Virus record (IMG/VR): IMGVR_UViG_3300033148_002693
Location: 34,717 to 98,716 of that record
Reading direction: 5' to 3' (one strand)
DNA length: 64,000 bases
DNA from: a virus
Below the pieces are notes generated by a model. The model worked only from the letters and a program-made list of their open reading frames with translations, was not told the DNA's origin and did not search any database. The translations under genes and the position numbers were made by a program. How positions within the stretch are numbered: the first letter of the stretch is position 1; every line of letters begins with the position of its first letter. Below, piece by piece: positions 1-9,073 of the stretch.

Positions 1-11
1 GCGGCGACGTA

Positions 12-653
12 GTGGTGTACACTGATTTTAAGCCGTGGTTTGGCGGGAATAAATTCGAGAAGGATGTTGCCTTGCCGGACTATGACTTCGATCAGTTGGT
101 AGTGAGGCATCACATTACGCCGGCAGCGATGTTCCCCAAACGAAGGTGGGAAGAGGTTGGCGGGTACGCAGAACATTTCATCTACGGCATGGAGGATTGG
201 GACTTCTGGCTGCGATTGGGTGCGGTCGGTTGCTGCGGGGTTCGGATAGCAGAACCGCTGTTTTACTACAGACAACACGACAAGTCAATGAGGACGGTAA
301 TGCTGGGTCAGTACAAATTCGAGGCGAAGGCCCAGCTTGTGGCAAACAATGAAGAGATTTTCAGGGGAGGAAGACCTATGGGATGTTGTGGTAAAAGTAA
401 GAGCGTGAGACGCGAGATAACTTCGGAGGAAAGAGCTATACTCGCCGCTCAAGGGATGGGGATAGAGAATCCAGAAGAATTGGTAAAGACTGACAATGGA
501 CTGGTGAGAATGAGATATACCGGCAACCGCAACGCTTCGGTTCAGTTCAAGGGGTACAAGGTATCTTCAAGGCGACCGTTCTTCATGGCGAAAGTTAGCG
601 ATGTACCAGACCTACTCGAAGCTGGGCACTTCGAGTTGATACGTGATGAATGA
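12..653 (+). CDS. GT2-family glycosyltransferase (C-terminal part, cut by window edge) fused in frame to a ~90-aa domain starting MGCCGK
   Basis: GT-A motifs VGGY...MEDWDFWLRL...EPLFYYRQH; internal GGAGG RBS and ATG at 378. Confidence 0.8.
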   Translation: MVYTDFKPWFGGNKFEKDVALPDYDFDQLVVRHHITPAAMFPKRRWEEVGGYAEHFIYGMEDWDFWLRLGAVGCCGVRIAEPLFYYRQHDKSMRTVMLGQYKFEAKAQLVANNEEIFRGGRPMGCCGKSKSVRREITSEERAILAAQGMGIENPEELVKTDNGLVRMRYTGNRNASVQFKGYKVSSRRPFFMAKVSDVPDLLEAGHFELIRDE

Positions 654-954
654 GTGTTTGAAGTTCGTCGTAGCGGTGCTGTTCACGTTCCGCTTGACGC
701 ACCTGCTGGTTTTTGATTATGGCCCTGGACACGTGTTTGAGAGATTGCGTGAGATTGTTGGCGTCATAGAATACGAAAACGGAATGACCGAATACAGGAC
801 TTGGGTTGCTGAGCTTTTTGGTTGTCACTGGTGCATGTCTGTATGGATAGCCTTGATACCGGCGATCTGGTTTGCAGGATTGACAATTCAAATGATATTC
901 TCATGGCTTGCTATAGCGGGGGCTGCTTCTTTGCTGGAGGAATTACATGGGTAG
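643..954 (+). CDS. DUF1360-like small membrane protein
   Basis: FRLTHLLVFD-GP and LFGCHWCMSVW motifs, hydrophobic segments, overlaps neighbouring genes. Confidence 0.65.
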   Translation: MMNECLKFVVAVLFTFRLTHLLVFDYGPGHVFERLREIVGVIEYENGMTEYRTWVAELFGCHWCMSVWIALIPAIWFAGLTIQMIFSWLAIAGAASLLEELHG

Positions 955-2185
955 GAAATGGAAAGACCTAACCGATGCTGAAAAAGATTGGGCGGTTGAA
1001 CAGCGATTGATTGGCATGATTTACGATGAGATATTCGGTAAACTTGGGGTAACAGAGGGACATGTAACAGCAGCGAGGAAACTCAGGGCAAGAGTAAGTG
1101 AACACAAAGGGAGTGTGGGAAAGGATGAAGAGGCTGAAGCACTATCAGATTTAGAAAAAGATGTACTTGTCAAATTAAGAGCAAGCCCGTGTAAGTTGGA
1201 GGAATTGAGCAACATACTTGATAGGGGACAAGATACAATTCGCGACTGTATCGAAGAATTAAAACAGAAGGGGTTTGCGATTTATGAAGCGGCAGAACGG
1301 GTTTCTGTTCCAGCTACTCCGCCAATCGTTACAAGGGAAGTTCCGCCATTGTGGGATAAAAGCGCGAGAAGAATCAAGTGGGCGTCTGGGAGTGATTTAC
1401 ATTACGGAAGTAAGTATGTTCAAAAGACAGCTATCAAACATTTCGTCAAAAGGGCTTATGAGGGGTTTGGGATCAAACATATCCTTTGGTCAGGTGATAT
1501 AGTTGCTGGTCAGCACATGTACAGAGGGCAAGAATACGACTTGTACGCTCATGGCGTCGATGAGCAGGTAGATGATGTAGCAAATAGTTTACCAATGTAT
1601 GATGGGCTAACCCATTATGTGATGGGTGGTAATCATGATGCCAGCTTCTTCCGTAAGTCTGGTGTAGATATATTGATAAAGCTGGCGAGCATAAGAAAAG
1701 ACATTATTCATTGTGGTTGGGCGTCTGTAGATGTTCCACTAACCGAAAACGTTTATGTTAAGATGTGGCATCCGAGAGGGTCGCCGGCATATGCCGTTTC
1801 ATATCGAGGGCAGAAGTACGCTGAGCAGATCGCCTTCGATGAGTTATTGAAACTGGTATTCAGGGATGGGGATTTACAATCGGCAGTTAGGATGTTACAG
1901 GTCGGGCACTTTCATGTGGTTGGCGGCCCGTTCACACAGGGGCCAATTGAGGTGTTCAATGCTGGTGGATTCGAGGGACAGAATTCCTATCTCAAAGAGT
2001 TGGGAAGGATACCTACCGTCGGGGGGTATATATTCGAGGCGGAGATAACCGAAGATGGGGTTATGAGAGAGCTTGTAACAAGAAGATATTTGGCAGGAGC
2101 GATTGAAGATGATTGGAGACCAGGGCCAAACGAGAAGAAGGTGGACGAGGTGAAAATCGTTCCGTTGTTCAAGTTGGTAGAATAG
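947..2185 (+). CDS. HTH plus calcineurin-like metallophosphoesterase
   Basis: Motifs SDLH, SGD, GNHD, WHP, GHFH in order; N-terminal winged-HTH-like segment. Confidence 0.85.
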   Translation: MGRKWKDLTDAEKDWAVEQRLIGMIYDEIFGKLGVTEGHVTAARKLRARVSEHKGSVGKDEEAEALSDLEKDVLVKLRASPCKLEELSNILDRGQDTIRDCIEELKQKGFAIYEAAERVSVPATPPIVTREVPPLWDKSARRIKWASGSDLHYGSKYVQKTAIKHFVKRAYEGFGIKHILWSGDIVAGQHMYRGQEYDLYAHGVDEQVDDVANSLPMYDGLTHYVMGGNHDASFFRKSGVDILIKLASIRKDIIHCGWASVDVPLTENVYVKMWHPRGSPAYAVSYRGQKYAEQIAFDELLKLVFRDGDLQSAVRMLQVGHFHVVGGPFTQGPIEVFNAGGFEGQNSYLKELGRIPTVGGYIFEAEITEDGVMRELVTRRYLAGAIEDDWRPGPNEKKVDEVKIVPLFKLVE

Positions 2186-2194
2186 GAGAGAGCG

Positions 2195-2872
2195 ATGTAC
2201 GATATGGACCCACAGAATCAGAATCGTAATAAATGGCTGGACGTGTTGACATACGTCATATCTGCACTGTTGATCGTTGGCGCAATTGCGTTATTGTTGA
2301 TCACTAACACGGGTTGTGTACAACCATGTGAGACGCCTGTACCTACGCCAACGGCTACGCCGATTCCAGGTATAGATGTTCGGACAGACCCGCGCATCCA
2401 TGACTTTCTTGGGGATGGGCCACTCAATGTCAAATTATATCCTTGCGATGATTGCCGCTACAAGGTGATTGAAATCTTCATTACGGTTGATGGGATATTC
2501 GACGGCGCGCCCGATTGGGCTTGGGACTACGTTGGTATAGATGGAGCAGGCGGAGCAACGCATACGTTTGCTGTCGTGAAGAAGTTTGATGGATTGCCGC
2601 TTAACAACAAAACGGTTGTTTTGTCGTGGCCGGGAACTGAGGTTGGTGGCAAAACGAAAAGTGATGGTTCTGTGAACTGGTTCACGAACTGCATATACTT
2701 TCCAGATCAGGGCCAGACAGGGCCGTACTGTGTTCAGCCATTGAACGGAGAAAAGGTTTGTGGGGGTGGGTTGCCCTACAATGTTCACGTCAGCCTTTGG
2801 GTGGTCTACGAGTCTCAGTGGCCTGACACGGCATTTGATGTCATATTGGGGGCTTTTGGAATTGTGGATTAA
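2195..2872 (+). CDS. Membrane-anchored/secreted hypothetical protein with Pro/Thr linker
   Basis: N-terminal TM helix, TPVPTPTATP linker, Cys pairs. Confidence 0.6.
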   Translation: MYDMDPQNQNRNKWLDVLTYVISALLIVGAIALLLITNTGCVQPCETPVPTPTATPIPGIDVRTDPRIHDFLGDGPLNVKLYPCDDCRYKVIEIFITVDGIFDGAPDWAWDYVGIDGAGGATHTFAVVKKFDGLPLNNKTVVLSWPGTEVGGKTKSDGSVNWFTNCIYFPDQGQTGPYCVQPLNGEKVCGGGLPYNVHVSLWVVYESQWPDTAFDVILGAFGIVD

Positions 2873-2884
2873 GGGGGGATAATC

Positions 2885-3028
2885 ATGAGCGTAGTGACGA
2901 CTTGTCCGAAATGTCATGGTAAATCATTCAAGCCGGCAAAAGGCGGTCTAAAACCATGTCCAAAGTGTTGTGGAACTGGATATGTAGATTCAAAGGGTAA
3001 AGCTGCCTACGCCTACGGTTATAGGTAA
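2885..3028 (+). CDS. 47-aa DnaJ-type zinc-finger microprotein (not in ORF track)
   Basis: Translates MSVVTTCPKCHGKSFKPAKGGLKPCPKCCGTGYV...; G-rich RBS upstream; fills the gap between genes. Confidence 0.7.
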   Translation: MSVVTTCPKCHGKSFKPAKGGLKPCPKCCGTGYVDSKGKAAYAYGYR

Positions 3029-3039
3029 GGGAGAGCGAT

Positions 3040-3951
3040 ATGGCTTGTAAAGATTACTTGACGGTTGACCAATTGAAAGCGATGCCAGGGTATGATCCTG
3101 GTACAGCTACAGATGCGGGGCTTGCGTTTTTGATAATGGCTGCAAGTGATTGGATTGATAAAGAGATTCTGGGACACACGTACAATCGCGCCATTCGCAT
3201 CTATGAGGACAACGACGATTCAACTGCGGCAACCGTTCAGGTAACTTCTACATCAGTCATCGTCGTAATAACTGGCGGGGCGAACGCAGGGACATACCCG
3301 TATACGTTTGCAGATTATGATGAGCTTGCCGATCTGGTAGCGGCGATGAACGAGAACAATGTTCATGCTACGCTTCTGGGCGAGGGGTTCACTGATTGGA
3401 TGTCAAGCCAGCCATCTACTAACTTGGCGGTGGCGGCAACTCAGTCGATCCATAACATAGAGAATTGGAAGGTTCTCTGCTTGACTCAGTTGACAATGAC
3501 TCTAAGTGGCGGTGGCGATCCATATCTGTTCTTGCCGTTAAAGATTAGGACGGTGAACGGAGTTAACGTTGAAGGAACAGACCTTACGGCTGGCGATGAC
3601 TATTACATTAAGAAGGGCGGCTATCTCATCAAGCGCGGGTGCAGGGGGTACTCCGATATTCTGGGGGTATGCTCTACAACTGCGTGTATATGTCATAAGC
3701 CTGGGTGTTGGGCGTGTGCATATCCTTGTAATGTTGTGGTGAGCTTCATCCCGTTGGTATGGACGCCGCAATATCATTTGTTGGCATCGGCGATAACTCA
3801 GTTCATCGCCAACTTTACTGTTTCTGGCGGATTCGTGTCAGAGAGAATCGGGCGGTATAGCTATAAACTGGGAGAAGATTCGTTCACGATGATGGGTATC
3901 TTGCTATCGCCATTGCAGGGTGAGGGGTTGGCGATGTACGCCTTCCCGTGA
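3040..3951 (+). CDS. Head-tail adaptor/connector protein
   Basis: DYLTVDQLK N-terminus, C-terminal SERIGRYSYKL adaptor-like motif, position before head-closure gene. Confidence 0.7.
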   Translation: MACKDYLTVDQLKAMPGYDPGTATDAGLAFLIMAASDWIDKEILGHTYNRAIRIYEDNDDSTAATVQVTSTSVIVVITGGANAGTYPYTFADYDELADLVAAMNENNVHATLLGEGFTDWMSSQPSTNLAVAATQSIHNIENWKVLCLTQLTMTLSGGGDPYLFLPLKIRTVNGVNVEGTDLTAGDDYYIKKGGYLIKRGCRGYSDILGVCSTTACICHKPGCWACAYPCNVVVSFIPLVWTPQYHLLASAITQFIANFTVSGGFVSERIGRYSYKLGEDSFTMMGILLSPLQGEGLAMYAFP

Positions 3952-4003
3952 CCGCTCTCCCTAATAAGTCGGGGAGTTTCTACGGATTGGTTTAGGAGAA
4001 ATT

Positions 4004-4357
4004 ATGGCATTTGATACGCTATTGGCACATACATGCTCAATATTAGAAAGGACACGTACAGGCACAGATGATTCGAACCAGCCTATCTATACTTGGTCGG
4101 TTGTTCAGTCGTCTTGGGATTGCCGGTTTCAAAGGTTCTTGCGTGAAGAGGTTGAACAGTCATTGTCGCATACGACCATTCAGGCAGATTATCTTGTGTT
4201 CGGCAGAGAACCCAATGTTACGTTGAATGAGACTGACTACAGGCTGCGATGGAACGGTGATGACTACAAGATCGAGCGAGTTGATCCAGAAACGGATTTC
4301 GGAGCAAAGCACCATATTGAAGTGTTCGTGTCTAAGATCAAGAAGAGGAATGTTTGA
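4004..4357 (+). CDS. Head-closure (stopper) protein
   Basis: Size, synteny, C-terminal YKIERVDP...HHIEV pattern. Confidence 0.7.
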   Translation: MAFDTLLAHTCSILERTRTGTDDSNQPIYTWSVVQSSWDCRFQRFLREEVEQSLSHTTIQADYLVFGREPNVTLNETDYRLRWNGDDYKIERVDPETDFGAKHHIEVFVSKIKKRNV

Positions 4358-4893
4358 TGACTAAAATGAAGATGCGAACCGTACAAGTAGGCAGTTGGAA
4401 CAAGGGTGTTTCGCCCTGGGGATTTGACATTACCATCAAAGAGGGCACTGATATGGGTGGAGTGTTTACGGCGGTCTGGAAAACTGGCGATGCGTTTTGC
4501 AAAGTATATGCCAGATTGACGGCTGACCAGATGAAGTTGAGCGTTTGGCCTGGTAAAGGGCCTGGGCCACATCCACACAGGACTTCACACGAAGACACTG
4601 GATGGGCGTTCAAGTCGATAACGATTCGTAGGAGAAAACACGGTGTGTCTGGTCCTAGTCCTGGCTGGTTCGCTGGTGTCTTTTCGGATAGAAGGGTAGG
4701 AAAACCTGGCGGCAGAGCGAAGCGAGGGGCGACTCCTCCGTGGAAGTATTTATTCTTTTTGGAATTTGGCTGGACATCTAGAAGTGGTAAGAGGTACAGG
4801 TATCCCTGGGCGCAACCGGCGTATGCTTGGGCGGCCAAGAAGCGCGTGGGAAGAATCGCAGGCCCTAGCGGGCTGTTCATATCATCGAGGTAA
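4354..4893 (+). CDS. HK97 gp10-like neck/tail-completion protein
   Basis: DTG...SI, YLFFLEFG, YPWAQPA motifs; basic; synteny. Confidence 0.7.
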   Translation: MMTKMKMRTVQVGSWNKGVSPWGFDITIKEGTDMGGVFTAVWKTGDAFCKVYARLTADQMKLSVWPGKGPGPHPHRTSHEDTGWAFKSITIRRRKHGVSGPSPGWFAGVFSDRRVGKPGGRAKRGATPPWKYLFFLEFGWTSRSGKRYRYPWAQPAYAWAAKKRVGRIAGPSGLFISSR

Positions 4894-4896
4894 ATC

Positions 4897-5361
4897 ATGG
4901 GAACGATGTTGAAACCACACGAGGTTTTCTTGCATTGGCTAGAGAGTGACCCCGTGTTCATGGCGGAGATTCACGATCCTGTTAGTGGCGATGATCTGTT
5001 GTGGCATGGCGGGATACCAGATATATTGATGAGCAGTTGGATGAATGATGATCTCGTTCCGTTGAAGTGTGTCAATATTATTGTAGAGGCGGGTGACACA
5101 GATGTATACATTAAGTTTGACCGTCCTGTCTTTTTGGTAGAGTGTTATGGGCCAACACTATCACAAGCTTGGGACGTGTACAATGTGTTGAGAGAGCGGA
5201 GCGAGCGGCAGTTCAACAATCAGGTGGCGGTTCCTGACGGCACGGCATATGTGTACAGGTTGCACATGATTTCTGGCGGCCAGGACGTGATAGAACCAGA
5301 GCTACAATGGCCGAAGGTCATCAGCAGGTGGGAAATGATATTGTGGAGGGAGACGGTTTGA
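4897..5361 (+). CDS. Tail terminator protein (putative)
   Basis: Acidic ~150 aa protein after gp10-like gene; synteny. Confidence 0.55.
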   Translation: MGTMLKPHEVFLHWLESDPVFMAEIHDPVSGDDLLWHGGIPDILMSSWMNDDLVPLKCVNIIVEAGDTDVYIKFDRPVFLVECYGPTLSQAWDVYNVLRERSERQFNNQVAVPDGTAYVYRLHMISGGQDVIEPELQWPKVISRWEMILWRETV

Positions 5362-6203
5362 AAATCGGCTGGGTGAACGACTACGGCCCAGGAGAACATC
5401 CTGGGGGGAGTTTGACAACACAGATTCAGGCCGTGAAATCTATGCCCTGTGAGCATGAGATTGTTTGGTGTCTGCCAGGGAAGATGTATGATGATTGTGA
5501 TTTGTACGTGGTGAACAATCACATGCGATTCGATGAAAACGAATTGGCGTTCGTCGCTGATTCTCAACATGTATACTGGTCTCACGATGTGACCCCTGGA
5601 CCACACAAATTGAAGGAGATATTGAACAATTCTAAGCGGGTCGTATTCTTATCAGCTCTGCATAAAGATGTGTTCATGTGGATGTTTGGAAAGATCGGCA
5701 AGAGGCGAACAAGGTTGATCCCTGCTATGGTCAATCCGATTCCATTCATGGGATTAGAACCAATACAAGATAGAGAGGCTTTGTGGGTTGGTACGTATGA
5801 AAGGCATAGGGGTGTCAGGTCTGCAATGGAGTGGGCTGAGGAGAACGAAACAGAAGTAGACTTCTACGGATTGGGGAGACCATTTAGCTATCTCAGGAAC
5901 AGCGAGTATTGTCATATCAAGAATCCTGTTCCAGTAGTGGAAATACCGAAACTTATGGCCCATTACAAAAAGTTGGTGATATTCCCATTAGAGATTGATG
6001 GGCATGATGGATTGCCGGTATATTGTGAGGCTTGTAGTCGTGTGGCAATTGAAGCGGCCATGGCTGGCTGTGAAGTAATTCATAATGATAGATTGGGGGT
6101 AGCGTCTTGGGAATGGTTCAGAGCTGGGAGAAAAGCAACGTTACGAGCGATGGCGAATGCTCCAAGAAATTTCTGGTATATGATCGAGGCTGTCAATGAT
6201 TAA
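5358..6203 (+). CDS. GT4 (GT-B) glycosyltransferase
   Basis: EACSRVAIEAAMAGC (E-x7-E) motif; likely TTG start at 5358 with GGAGGGAG RBS overlapping upstream stop. Confidence 0.8.
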   Translation: MKIGWVNDYGPGEHPGGSLTTQIQAVKSMPCEHEIVWCLPGKMYDDCDLYVVNNHMRFDENELAFVADSQHVYWSHDVTPGPHKLKEILNNSKRVVFLSALHKDVFMWMFGKIGKRRTRLIPAMVNPIPFMGLEPIQDREALWVGTYERHRGVRSAMEWAEENETEVDFYGLGRPFSYLRNSEYCHIKNPVPVVEIPKLMAHYKKLVIFPLEIDGHDGLPVYCEACSRVAIEAAMAGCEVIHNDRLGVASWEWFRAGRKATLRAMANAPRNFWYMIEAVND

Positions 6204-7218
6204 AATCATGAGCATACCCATAGCAGATGAGGATAGCTATGGATATGGGGTTGTTACAAAAGAAATCAGAAATGGATTGAATCTTGCCGGCGCAAACATG
6301 CTTGGCTTGAGGGATTGGAATTGGGATTGGAGAATGATAATCTCAACTCCGGTTTCGTGGCCCGTGCCAGAAGATAGAATCTATCACGATTTAGTTTGGC
6401 ATACAATGTTCGATACAGATTTGCTCCCGCAGGTATGGGTTGACATTTTGAACAGGGTAGGGTTGATATGGGTTCCATCCCAATGGTGCAAAGAAGTATT
6501 CGAGTTCTCTGGTGTAGAGAGACCAATCATGGTTGCGGGATACGGCGTCGATCCAGAGATGTTCGATTATGCGCCACGTGGATGGACTGACGATGAGGAT
6601 GATGTTTTCCAAAACGATAAGTACACCTTCCTGACTGTCTGTGGAGCATACGGCGATAGGAAAAACGAGAGGTTGATACGGAGGGCGTTCTACGATCTTA
6701 ACCTGCCAGATGCAAGACTGGTGATCAAAATGCGCTCCGACCAGATAGTGAAAAGCACTACCGTTTCCAACAAGGGAGTGACCTTCATTGCTCGAAAGAT
6801 GAGCAGAGAGGAGTACGCAACCTTGCTGGCAAGGGCAGATTGCTTTGTGAACGTGTCAAGCGGGGAAGGATTCTCACTGACACCTTTGGAGGCCATGGCG
6901 ACGGGACTGCCCGCAATCGTCTTAGATTGGGGCGGCCCGCGTGATTACATAGATGATTGCAAGGCTCTTCCGGTAGCAGTAAAACGGCTGGTCTGGGCTG
7001 AGCAATACAATCGAGCATTCAACTGCGAGGGGCGGTGGGCTGAACCTGATAAAGAATCCTTGATGCACTGGATGCGCTGGTGCTACGAGAATCGCGATGC
7101 TGCTGCAAAGCGAGGTCGAGAAGCAAACCGCGTCATCATGGACCGGTATACCTGGGAAACTACGATGGGTAAAGCCGTTAAACTGCTCACTCACCACTTG
7201 GAGGTAAGAGAAAAATGA
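6196..7218 (+). CDS. GT4 (GT-B) glycosyltransferase
   Basis: GEGFSLTPLEAMATGLP, WVPSQW, DRKN motifs. Confidence 0.9.
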   Translation: MIKIMSIPIADEDSYGYGVVTKEIRNGLNLAGANMLGLRDWNWDWRMIISTPVSWPVPEDRIYHDLVWHTMFDTDLLPQVWVDILNRVGLIWVPSQWCKEVFEFSGVERPIMVAGYGVDPEMFDYAPRGWTDDEDDVFQNDKYTFLTVCGAYGDRKNERLIRRAFYDLNLPDARLVIKMRSDQIVKSTTVSNKGVTFIARKMSREEYATLLARADCFVNVSSGEGFSLTPLEAMATGLPAIVLDWGGPRDYIDDCKALPVAVKRLVWAEQYNRAFNCEGRWAEPDKESLMHWMRWCYENRDAAAKRGREANRVIMDRYTWETTMGKAVKLLTHHLEVREK

Positions 7219-7739
7219 GTCTATCGGCAAATACTCCCGGACGGGTAATATTCCAGGCCGGGACAGTCACTATCGGCGCTGTTGATGTTGGGGCGACAAT
7301 GGAAGGCAATGTTTTCCGCTGGGAGATGGATACGGCCCAGCCGCACTTTCATGGTGCTCGCGGCCCTGTGACCGAACTCATGTTCGTCTACAGGTTCGTG
7401 GCGTATCTGGAAGTGGTCGTTGCTGAACTCGTCGGTTCCAACTTCGCCCATGCGTTCCCTGGTCTGGATTTGGTCTCAGATGTTAGTTCTGAGACGATTT
7501 CTGGTTGGGACGTCGGGTGTCTGGACAGCGCCGATTATGCTGACGTCGTTCTGACTGTTACGAAGTGCACCGGATTCACTCAAGTCTTGACACTCTACGA
7601 CGCCATTGTAGTTGAGGCGTCTGAGATCACGTTCCATGACGAGGGTGATCCTGCTCGGATGCGACTGGTGTTCATGGCAACTTATGACCCAGCCGACCCC
7701 GACCGTGCTCCGTTCAGCATCGTGAACAACATAGCGTAG
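7215..7739 (+). CDS. Major tail tube protein
   Basis: Beta-rich acidic 174 aa, VDVGATMEG motif, directly upstream of chaperones and tape measure, followed by stable hairpin. Confidence 0.65.
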   Translation: MSLSANTPGRVIFQAGTVTIGAVDVGATMEGNVFRWEMDTAQPHFHGARGPVTELMFVYRFVAYLEVVVAELVGSNFAHAFPGLDLVSDVSSETISGWDVGCLDSADYADVVLTVTKCTGFTQVLTLYDAIVVEASEITFHDEGDPARMRLVFMATYDPADPDRAPFSIVNNIA

Positions 7740-7745
7740 TGGCTT

Positions 7746-7775
7746 TGGGGGAGGGGGGCTTCGGTTTCCCTCCCA
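7746..7775 (+). terminator. GC-rich C(UUCG)G hairpin after tail tube gene (stabiliser or partial terminator)
   Basis: G-rich arm-TTCG-GTTTCCCTCCC arm; no U-tract. Confidence 0.5.
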
Positions 7776-7790
7776 ACACAGAAAGGAGTA

Positions 7791-8276
7791 ATGATGGCTA
7801 AGAAATGGCAGGGAGAAGTTCTGAAAGCAGGCGACCCACGACTCGGTATGCCGGATGTAAAGATCGTCGAGGTCCCGATTGTTGAGAAGCGGTATCTGGC
7901 ATTGGGGTACGATGATGAGGGAAATCAATTGTATCATCCCATGATTCAGATGAACGCCAATAATTACAAAGGGGTAATTGCTGCCTTTACGTTGTTGGCT
8001 GAGAATGTCGGTAATATTGATGAAGAAGATGAGACAGCCGGTCTCGATGCTGCAATAGCGGTCATCAATGCAGCTTATCCGACCGTAGGTGAGAAAGAGG
8101 TGAGAGGGCTTCACTTCGCTACGTTGCTTCCGCTTGCGTATGATGCGGTCAATGGGATCATGGAGCAGGGTGAAATTATCGAATCCATGATGGAAGAACA
8201 GGGAGTGTCCTCCAAACTTGATGAAAGGGTCGCAAAGGCTATCGCAGGAGTAACCGTGAATGCCAATTCTAAGTAG
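7791..8276 (+). CDS. Tail assembly chaperone (gpG-like)
   Basis: Between tail tube and tape measure; AAGGAG RBS. Confidence 0.6.
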   Translation: MMAKKWQGEVLKAGDPRLGMPDVKIVEVPIVEKRYLALGYDDEGNQLYHPMIQMNANNYKGVIAAFTLLAENVGNIDEEDETAGLDAAIAVINAAYPTVGEKEVRGLHFATLLPLAYDAVNGIMEQGEIIESMMEEQGVSSKLDERVAKAIAGVTVNANSK

Positions 8277-9072
8277 TGGCAAAGAAATAGAAGTAAAACA
8301 GCATAAAGCGCCTTCATCGACGTTCAATATTGATGATCTGAGCAATCTCGTCCCGAAGCAAAGGTATACGTCGATTGGGAAGGGTCGTGACGCCTCATAT
8401 CATCCTATGGATAGGATAACGGTTGGGGTGTATCTTGAATTGCTGGCCTACTACGATGAGTTGATGAAGTGTATTGCTGAAGATGCAAGTGACGACCAGA
8501 AAAGAACGCTCGTAGCAAACATACTTTGCTGTTCACATTCGACGATGGATTATTTGGAGGTGTTCGAACTACCGCTAAACGAGTCACTTCCAATGGTTTA
8601 TCGGGTATTTGATTTGTTGTTGGCAAGCCGAATACCGGATGCTGGGAAGGGTGGGGTAGGGATGGCCCAGCCCTTCTCAGCAGATTCAATAAAGTTCGGG
8701 CAGATAGTGGCCGACTTGGTAGCCGTTTATAGATTTCCACACAGTGATGTTATGGATATGGAAATAGGGTGGTTTTGGAACTATGTGGCTAACACGCCTG
8801 CTGTGAGGGCGCAATGGAAACTCGATATGATTGATGCGATGATGATGGCCGTGATTCCCGCGTTCAGCGGTGATGAGAAAAAGGTTATTCAATCACATGT
8901 TAAATCACTGATGAGGATTGCGAATAGAAATAACATTAAATCTCATGACGATATTCAAGATAAAATGGAACAGGAACGCATGACTGATTTAGATATTCAG
9001 GCATGGACACACCATCCGTTCATGGGGAAATTTATCAAGGTTCGTAGGCGGGGAGACCGCAAGGGGAACTGA
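8260..9072 (+). CDS. Second tail assembly chaperone (G-paralogous N-half plus gpT-like C-half)
   Basis: N-half aligns by eye with 7791-8276; C-half has VYRFPHSDVMDMEIGWF gpT-like pattern. Confidence 0.55.
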   Translation: MPILSSGKEIEVKQHKAPSSTFNIDDLSNLVPKQRYTSIGKGRDASYHPMDRITVGVYLELLAYYDELMKCIAEDASDDQKRTLVANILCCSHSTMDYLEVFELPLNESLPMVYRVFDLLLASRIPDAGKGGVGMAQPFSADSIKFGQIVADLVAVYRFPHSDVMDMEIGWFWNYVANTPAVRAQWKLDMIDAMMMAVIPAFSGDEKKVIQSHVKSLMRIANRNNIKSHDDIQDKMEQERMTDLDIQAWTHHPFMGKFIKVRRRGDRKGN

Positions 9073-9073
9073 T

